Of a stretch of 64,000 nt of DNA, positions 51,965 through 61,300 are shown piece after piece. The translations under genes were made by a program, and so were the position numbers. Source of the stretch: Thalia democratica (taxonomy: Eukaryota); contig CBDBBG010000087.1 in the NCBI GenBank assembly GCA_965202585.1, positions 1 to 64,000 of the forward strand, read 5' to 3'. How positions within the stretch are numbered: position 1 is the stretch's first letter; every line of letters starts with the position of its first letter. The notes beneath the pieces were generated by a model, which searched no databases, was not told the origin of the DNA, and saw only the letters and a program-made list of their open reading frames with translations.

Positions 51965-53350
51965 GTTGGTCATTATAAAATTATTAATGTGGAGGGACAT
52001 GTTGAGAAATCAATGTAGATTTAGCTGTCTAAGCTGTTTTTTATATAATCTTTTTATAAACAATTACTACGACGATGTACAAAAGGTTTGAGACAAACTA
52101 AAACATTTTTTATCAAATAGTAAGTCTACAAAAAGAAGTGGAATAATTTTAAAGTAGGTTACATTCAAGGGGAACTGAGTAATTTTTTATGTAATTCCCC
52201 AAGCAAATGAACAACAGCTTCGAGCAAAAATCTGATTTTGCACGCTAAAGATTTTAAAATTTCTCTATAACTTGTTAGTTGACCCTTCAGAAAATCAAAC
52301 CCCGATCTAAGAAAGCAACCAAATAACGTTCGGTTTCCATGACAACGCACGGCGTTTGTTTACGGATGAAACTCCCCTGTCAGATTGGCTACCACTCGAG
52401 TATTTTTTCTCCTTTTTTTTTATTATTTGAGATCGCTTATACTTTTTGCCTGAAGTTTTGTTTTAGATAATTAATTATCAGTAGAAGTGTAGGGTTGTTT
52501 TACATGTCAAGTTGTTTTTTGTTCTGTTTCTCGTTTCACTATTGATTTTTGACGTTTTTTTAGCAACGAGTTAAAAGTTCACAGTAATCTAAATTTCTAT
52601 CAAAAGTCATTTTTGCTGCGCATAGGCAATTTTGCGCCTAAACTAGATACAATTGACAAGTTAGACAAATTCTGATTAATCTTCTCTAAATCCCGACTGT
52701 ATAGAACTACACACGGTGAGCAAAAATGCCGCTGTGTTCAGAAAGACTTTTGACTAATTATTTTCTAAAATTTCCAGACACAGCAGAAAGGCTTCTCACA
52801 TCGCGGTTGTTACGCGTTGCAGTTTTCAAAAAACAAAATGCGCGAGGAGTTTTGTAAGGTCAATACAGACGGGTTTGCTGCCAACATCGCAGATAATTTT
52901 GTGTGCAAAGGGATTATGAATTTGCTTTTTTGTTTTTTTCTTTTCAATCATTTTGCTCGAGGTTGATGTTTGCCATGCCGTTTCTCGAAAGAATTGACCA
53001 GGAATATCGATTTTACAAGAAGCCTTTTCGCTACCCAAAATTTCAGGGTTATTTTGGTTGAGCTAAAAAGAAAGTTAAAAACTTAGAACGCACGAAAGAT
53101 AAATGTCAGATTAAACCACGAAAAAGCTTAAAGCTGTAAATTATGATATGAGTGTTGTTTTGTGGTTTTTTAGATATATCAAGGATAAAAATGTTTACAT
53201 AAACTTTGATTTCAAATAATCAGTTTTCAAGCAAAGAAAAAGATTAAGGCTTTTGAACATCTTTTAAAGCTTAGTTCTTTTTCTTCGTTTTAACTTTTTG
53301 ATAGAAAATTAAAGGAAAAAATAATTCAGGTTTTATTGCAGATTTTAATT

Positions 53351-55950
53351 ATGCAACTAACAAAACGTAAGTACGTAGAAGAAGTTACTTTAAAAAAAGG
53401 CTAAAAATGTTTAAAATTAGAAACATGTTTTTGTTTACAACCTTGTTGAAGAAGCTTATTTCTGCAGTCGCGATAAAATACATGAAAGCGTGGTTAAGAA
53501 AGTCTTACGCAATCGCTTTCGACACAAATCATTATGACGTCACGATAAGATGTTTTTGATGTGCGGGTAAACAGCGAGCGATAGGCGCGAAACGAAATTG
53601 ATTTACTAATACAAGTGTCGATGTTTGTATACCGCTCGCGCGTTGACACCGCTAACATTTTTTGTAAAAGCAGCAAGGCGAATGTTTTGAATCTGCTGTT
53701 TAAAGTTGTCACCAGCGACAATTACTGATTACCGCTTCCATGGTCCTTACATAATCCCACTACCGTATTAGCGATTTACGGCTTAGCTGCTGTCTCATCC
53801 GCGTTGCTGAAGGTCACCATTGGCTCCGTGTCTAATTTATCGATTGACGAGCTTCCTTCCCGTTCCAGTTTAGAATTAACTTCGTCGGGTGCTATTTTGA
53901 CTTTGCTGAAGAAATTTTAAGTTTAAACTTGTACAAAAATTTTTGTACTTAAGTTAAAACTTAGCTGTCGAGGAATTAGTTTATTAATAAACATTTTTCT
54001 CAGAGAAGTTTGAAAAGTTAAGTGTCTATGATTAAGTTTTAAATAATTTTGAATATCAATTATTTTATTATATATTTACTTTTTTGCTTGGTGTTTCTAT
54101 ATGTAATTTCGTTTAATTTAGTTTTAAACTTTAATTTTTTATTTTAAATAAGGACAGTAATTATGAGTTGTTTTTTAGAATAAGTAATTTCAGGTTGTTG
54201 AGGTTATAAAGTTTTATTTATGACAATTAAAATTACAATAGTTAACAAAAAAAAAAGTTACGACAACTAAATTACTACAATTAAGTTTCATGACAATTCA
54301 ATGTGAAAATTCAAACTATTTCAACCATAAAAACAAAAAAATAAATACTTTTATTCAACAACACCTTATTTGATTGTTTATTTTATTGACTTAAGAAAGG
54401 AAGAAAAATTCTCTTTTGGCAACTTGTTTTTGATATTATGTAATAACTATATATTTTTGCCTAAAGGTCACGTGAGCAGCTCGGAGGTAGAAGTGAAGAA
54501 GGACGAAGGAGGAGAGGAGTTTTTGGAGGTGACTTGCGGCGACAACAATGCCCTCCTCTACATCGCAAGACTCAGCCAGGGTAGCAAAGGTGGGTAGTTA
54601 AAATTAGTTCAAATAAAAACATTTTTTAGAAGGAAGCAGAAAGTTAAAGTATAGATTAGTAATCTATTTATGCGCTTAGTTATAAAAGTCAAAACTATTC
54701 ACAAACATATAGTTTTTAGAACAAGTTTAGCTATTTACGAATGTACGTTCACTATATTTTTTGAGCTTACAGAGTAATTTTAAAAATTTTTTAGCGGCTT
54801 TTATTCTTTTCTTATGTAGAACTATTGAATAAAAATGTTTAAAAGGTAAGTAAGAGTCTAAACTATATCTTATAAACTTGTATGTGTATTTCTTATACTA
54901 ATAGAGCAACAGCTAATAACACTTATCTGAATTTGTATGATAAAAAAATTAATTTCACTCATAAAATTGGCAAAGTTATTGCACTTGTTCAGATAGTACA
55001 ACGTTACAAATAGCTCGAAAGGTTTATGACCTTTGTGTTGCCATTTAATTAACCCACTAGCAAGGCGCGTATTTAAAATTTATAAAAGGAAGAACTACAA
55101 ACGAATAAAACGACTCACGCTTCTCGTTTAATCTCATTACTAACAGTGTGTCGTCTTTTCCATAACTTTACGCACTGCAGTATTGCGAGAAGTTAGTTTT
55201 TACAAGCACAGAATTATTTTTGTGTTAACTCTAAAATTTGTCATAAAATTTTATCTAATTTTCTTTTAATTCGTGTGCGCTGAATTATGCTTTAACTAGA
55301 ATCGGTAGAACATACTTTTAAGGTTTTTATTTCTCATGATCAAGCTAAAGAAAACATCCAAGAACTTTCAAAAGTTCATAAAATACAAAAAAAAAACAGC
55401 AAACATCAATCTCTTTCATTAACTCAGGCAAGTCAATTTTGTACGAGCTTGGGGACAAGCAAAGCTGGATGCACCCCAACGAGTTCCAAGCGATAAGCGG
55501 GAGGGAGACTGCCAAGGATTGGAAGAGGAGCATCAGACATCACGGGAAGAGTCTGAAAGCTCTTATGTCAAAATCGGTGATCATTCATCATCAGAACGAA
55601 TGCGAATGTGAGTGGTGTCTGAAAAACTCTGCTTTGTTTACTGATTCTGTAAGTGTTTTCAATCTTATAAGTCGTTTATAAAATGTAGTGTAGTAAAATG
55701 TAGGTTTTACTTATAGAAAATTCAAACACTTCTATCTAAACTTTCTAAACACACTTTACTTAGTTTGATATATTTATTCAAATCATTTAAATATTTTTGG
55801 ATTAATAGTCAACATTTATATAGATTATATTATTACTTAGAACTAAATTTTAAAACACAGGGTAAACTTATCGAAGACGCAAATAAAATAAGCCACATAT
55901 ATCTATCAACCCTCAACAACAACAAAAACCAAGATGACGTAGCTGTCTGA
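53351..55950 (+). CDS. P2c SAND-domain gene; predicted 149-aa short form MQLTKR-HVSSSEVEVKK...SAND...NQDDVAV*
   Basis: The SAND exons 54467-54589 and 55428-55648 are near-identical in protein to gene A (high confidence). The first coding exon 53351-53366 (ATG, donor GTAAGT, phase 1) and the last exon 55861-55950 (TGA) are inferred. Confidence 0.6.
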
Positions 55951-56231
55951 CAACCGTTGGTTTCGTTGCCAAGTAACTTTAACATGTCCCCTTTACCCGT
56001 GATGGGTTTCAACCAATAAAATTCCCTTTCGCCGATACAAGAATTAACGACCACTAGGAGCTCTGCTTTCACTTTTGTCCGACCATTATTAAATAAATTA
56101 GCTGCTTTGCATAAAGTTTATGCAAAAAATGACTTTATTGTTTAGGGAAAAAAGTAACTAAAAGAATAAATTTTGTTACTAGACTTTTGTAACAATATTT
56201 AATTGAAGTTTGCGAACTTCTCAATATGCAG

Positions 56232-56748
56232 CCAAAATCTATTCTCCGGAGAAATCTTCTTCATCTAAACCTGCGAAAAAAAACAAGAAGAAGTCCGAAG
56301 CAGTTCTTAAATAATAAATTTCTACTAAATACCCCAAATACAGATGATGATCAAGGCAGTGGTAAAAATCAGGTTAAACATTTCTATATTTAATATGTTT
56401 AAATTAATAAAAAATAGACTTATTTCAGTTTAAACATTACAGATGAAGTCACAAAACGATATTATTGATATGTATTCTGCTGCTAAAAAGAAGTCAATTT
56501 ATCAAAACGGTTAGTAAATAGAATAAAGAGTTATAATTTTTAGTTTAAAACATAGAAAGTACGTTTTAAGATCTTTTACTAAACATCAAAAACAATATGT
56601 GATTATTAGTTAATTTTCGAAAATAAATTAAAAAAATTATTTTAGCTGTATTACGTTGTATGGCAAATAGAAATTATTGTAAAAATCAATAATTTGCAGA
56701 ATCTTCGTCGAAATTAAAAGAAAATCCAGTCACTTTTGAACACAACAC
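56232..56748 (+). CDS. Three downstream P2c exons homologous to gene A exons 6-8
   Basis: 56232-56372 (141 nt), 56443-56509 (67 nt) and 56700-56748 (49 nt) have GT-AG sites, open frames and compatible phases. The last two equal gene A exons 15323-15257 and 15114-15066 in length. ESSSKLKENPVTFEHNT aligns with DFLSNLHENSINFDHKQ. Confidence 0.5.
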
Positions 56749-57742
56749 GTAAGGAAAACTGTTATTTTAATTTATTTAATGTGAAATTATTCAAAGCTGT
56801 CTTTTTAAATGTTCAACAAGATCGTTCTATGTAAATATTTCTGTCAACATTTTAGCTAATAAAATATACATTTAAATCGTTAATGTTGTTATTTGTTTTA
56901 ATGCTTTTTTTTATGCACGTCACATTGTTCTTACAAAGAAAACAATCTGAATTTTTAATAAACTATTATTTAAAAAGTGTTTATTAAATAATTGTTTAAA
57001 AGTATCAGACAAAAATAACTAGTAATTGTTTTAGTTAGAAAATTTATGACGTTTTACAAAACGCTTTTGCTATCGATTTTTAAGCTTACAAAAATATACA
57101 AAACTAGATATCTTCATGTTTGAAAATTTACAAAAAAGAAATTCTAGTGTACAAACTTTTTTTTAGACATAACTCATCATATAACCTACTAAAAAACATA
57201 AGAAACAAAGCATACAAAGAAAACACTAAAGTTAATCTGTTTCTTACCTAACAATATTAAAAAAAACACATTTTGTTATTGTAATTTGTACAAACATTAA
57301 ATTTAAATGATATAACAGAATACATTTCATTTTTCTTAAATTTATTTTAGTACTTTCGTAATAACGCTCATCAAAAATTGTATCTTACTGAGTTAGAATG
57401 AATAGAAACTGAAATAAAGTCATACTAAAGTTTAAAATATAAAATTAGTAAATAATCTAATGTTAAAAATCAACTAATTACTTATGCTGCTGTATACATT
57501 TGGTATACTAATAAAACCCGTTAGATTGAAAACAATCTAAAATAAAGCAGCGATAAAAATTAAAAATAAAACTACACTTTAAAATAAAACTTAACAAGAA
57601 ACTAATTACTATAATATTACTTAAAATAAGGATTTAAAAAGGTTAGTTTGGTATACGAACTTTTTCTGCTTACATAAACTGGGCCTTCAAGATTGAATAC
57701 ATAAGGCTTCCAGAATATGCAGTTGAAAAGAGTTATCCGCTC

Positions 57743-57842
57743 NNNNNNNNNNNNNNNNNNNNNNNNNNNNNNNNNNNNNNNNNNNNNNNNNNNNNNNNNN
57801 NNNNNNNNNNNNNNNNNNNNNNNNNNNNNNNNNNNNNNNNNN
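57743..57842. other. Assembly gap (100 N)
   Basis: N run between the 3' ends of P2c and calsyntenin. Confidence 0.99.
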
Positions 57843-58325
57843 ACTAGGAGCTTTATTTTTATTTAATAATTATTTATTAAAAAAAGTATTTACTTTAACA
57901 AAAATAGAAAAACTTTAGTCTGTTTCCAGTAAAAAAAGTTTATTAAAATAATTTTCTTATGGACAAAGAACTGTAAAGTATTTTATAAAATATAAATATA
58001 TATATTTTTTTTTCATTTTAATGTGTTGAAAATATGAACCTTTTTATATTTGTTTGATTTTAATAAAACTAAACTTTTTGATAACAAGTTTTATTTTTCA
58101 AATGTTTTAAGTTCATAAAAACTTCAAACTTAAAATTTAAAGGAATTATTTACAAAAGAATGTTTCTTCCTGTAGGAATTTTCAATTTTAATTTAAATCC
58201 AAAGGTTTTTTGTACACTAGGTCATGGGAACAAGTATTTTAAAGTCTTTTTTTCTCGTTCAATAAAAATCTATAACTTTTTTTAAAACCATACATAAAAT
58301 CTTAAATTTAATATTAAACCTGTAG

Positions 58326-61300
58326 CTACTCCTTGAACTCAAGCTGAGAAAAAATAATTGTTCTCTTATAATAAGTTTTCATAAAAATCTGACTTACAAT
58401 GAGGGGATTCACAGTGATGGTCATTGCAGAGTCATCCCAATCCATGTCATCGTCGCTTTTTGCTGCCACCTCGTCGGTTAGTTGGTGAGTGCTGTCTTCA
58501 GAAACTTCGCGGTTGTGAAGCTTACTGTGGATGAGCGCGGCTATTGCCAAAACAACTAATAGGACAACGCAGATTCCTGTAACAACAAAAGGTACAGCAT
58601 TTTGTTGATCTTTTTTGTGAACTGCTGCAGAACTGTATCTTTTAATTGGATTATTTTGATGGTTAACGTCGTTGTTTTTTGTTTCAACTGATGGTTTTTT
58701 ATCGTTGTTAAAAACTAGTAGACCCTGAGGCTTGTTTAGGTCGTCATCAATATATAGATTTTTCTTATTAGGCTCTGTCTTTGTTTGATATTCTAGAAAG
58801 TGGTATTGAAGTAGTAAAAACCTTCTTTTTACTTAACTTTACAAGTTTACTAAAACTTACTAAAGATAAAAATATTAATCAAATAATACGTTTTTTAAGT
58901 GGTTCTCGAAAACTGAACTATTTACTTGTGCTACCTTTGTTTGTAAGAAGTTCTTTTGACACTTTGATGTGATCTTGAACTTTTGAAGGAGTTGGTTTAA
59001 CATCATACAATTTTTTTGTAGAAGTTATCAATTTGTTTTCGACTGTAGTGTAATGATCTACTGTACTTTCGTCTAAAACACTAGATTCTGTACTTCCTTC
59101 ATTATTCGATTTAAAATCAACCTTTATGAACAAAACATATACTCAAAGTAAACTTTAATTATCTAAATAATATAACAACATGATAATATAGTAAATAATA
59201 ATACAATATAAATATAAATAAAATTAACGATAAATTTTAGAGAACAATGTAATAAATATAATACATCATAGATATGGGGTGCACGACTATTCAAATTCTG
59301 ATATTTAAAGTTCCGAAAACTTAAACTCTGATAATTTTGAATTAGTTTGATTTATCGTATTAAAAATCTACTTATATCAAAATATTTTTAACCATCATTA
59401 TTTTATTTTTTTAATTAGATATACATGAACCACTTTTTTTTTCAAAATATAACTTTTTTTTTGTAAAATAGCTGAATGAGTTGTAATATTAACAAAACAT
59501 GGCTACTTTTAGTTTTTTATAAATATTTACTTCATTTTATTCTATTAATTAAATCATAACAACAAGACCTACATTAGCATTTCTTATTTGTATCAAGTTT
59601 AAGTATTTTTTGAGATGTGGTCGTTGTAAAATTTTTATAAGAGTTTAAATGGTCAGAATTTGAGTTGTCGGATTTGAATTGTTATGTAACCACATATATG
59701 TACATTACATCCTCAATGATTTTGATCTTATTGAGTTCATTATGTATTATTATGGTAAAGTGTAAATTAGTGATGTAAAAGTTTGATTTAAAAAAAAAAA
59801 TTAGTTGATACTTTTTTTAATTTGTTAAATACTAGATTATAGGTAAATTTTACAATCAAAAAATACTCTATAAGTTACTTTAGGCTTACTTTAAGTGGAA
59901 AATTTTTACTAAAAGAATTCGCTTTTCCTTTACATTCTATGTCAAAAACTAAAGACTTTTCGTTAATGGAGGTAGACCTTTTAATTAAAATGCTTCTTAG
60001 TCCTTCCTGGTATGTTTCCAAAGTTGAATCTCCTTAAACATTATTGATAACAATTTTTTTCAATTTCTAAGGTTTTTATTAAAATTCAAACAACAAAGCA
60101 ATATTAACATTTAACAAATGAGGCTAATCCCTTAGTTGTTTTTTTTTAAAGATTATTTAGAAAAAATTATTATAATTGTTTTTATTTTTAAAACTATTGT
60201 ACTTTGAAATATTTTATTGCTAATGCTTTAAAAATCCGGACTGAATTACGAGCTGATATATTTTATACAGAAAAAATACTGTATTACATAGACTATATTT
60301 TTCAAACAGTCTGTGCCGTACTGTTTTTTATAATATTAATTTAAATAAAAAATTTATAAATTCTAATAAACATATTTCTCTTACTTCCTGAAAGAATATA
60401 AATATTTTTTTGTTTTTTAAAAATTCATGCTTTTTTTCTTTAACCATTTTTTGTTCAAATGTAACAAAGAGCTGTTAGAGTTTTCTCCTTTTACAGTTAC
60501 TTCGCAACGTCTTATTTTTTCTTTTGAATCTGTCGAATAAATTAAAATCCAGCTACTTAAAATTAAAAGTTAAACAAACCACATCAACTTAAAGACCTAT
60601 AAAATTTTGTTTTAACTAAACAACCTTTCAAAATCAAACAAAGTTAAAAAAGCTTTTATATTTCCATAAGTTTCTTTAATATCAAAAAAACCTAATGCAA
60701 GCTCATTTTCTTCGGAACTTTTAAGTCTTATTAGTACATCTTGAAACGGACTGACATCTTCTTTAAGTGGTAACACGACGTTTTTATAGTTTAAACCTAC
60801 TACATATAAATAATTAGGAACATCTAGTTGTAGTTGAAGTTTAATCGAAACGGGCTTTATTTTAGGACAGTCTTCTGAAAATTGTGCTGGACAACTAAAA
60901 GTATTAATTAGTAAATTTAAAATATTATTCTTTCCATTCAATTTAAAACTCACTTGAGCTTAGTAGATAAAATAATAGTTCGATTTATAACTTCAAGATT
61001 CTTTAAACTATTTTTATACTTTAAAAATCCCATTTTAAGAGGTAGTTCAGACAAATTTTCTAAAATTTTCGTTTCTTGGTAGCCCTGTCGAAAAATTAAA
61101 AATTAATAATCTTTAATTTAGTTAAATAGTGTCTTATACCGTATCATATAATGGTTATGCCATAGCTGCACAAAATACTAGTTAAGTTTTTTTATTTTTA
61201 AAACTTTCAGTATAAACAAAAGTTTATAAAAAATATATTAAATACAGATTTCATTGAAATACAAACATTTATCACTTACTGTATAAAAAATAAGTAATTG

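Larger units (their letters stand above)
39426..56750. repeat. Segmental duplication unit 3 (more diverged; carries the P2c gene body)
   Basis: Shares the ordered modules at 42890, 43550, 44120, 45890 and 48090-49270 with unit 1. Confidence 0.8.

Noticed and set aside
54370-54466. TTG-initiated N-terminal extension (MIVYFIDLRK...) of the P2c SAND ORF
   Set aside because: AT-rich, no ATG in frame, and no homology to gene A; better explained as intron ending at the AG at 54465-54466.
57655-57742. Short open frames on both strands next to the second gap, with a minus-strand donor-like GTAAGC
   Set aside because: Too short, and no similarity to gene A exons or calsyntenin was recognised.
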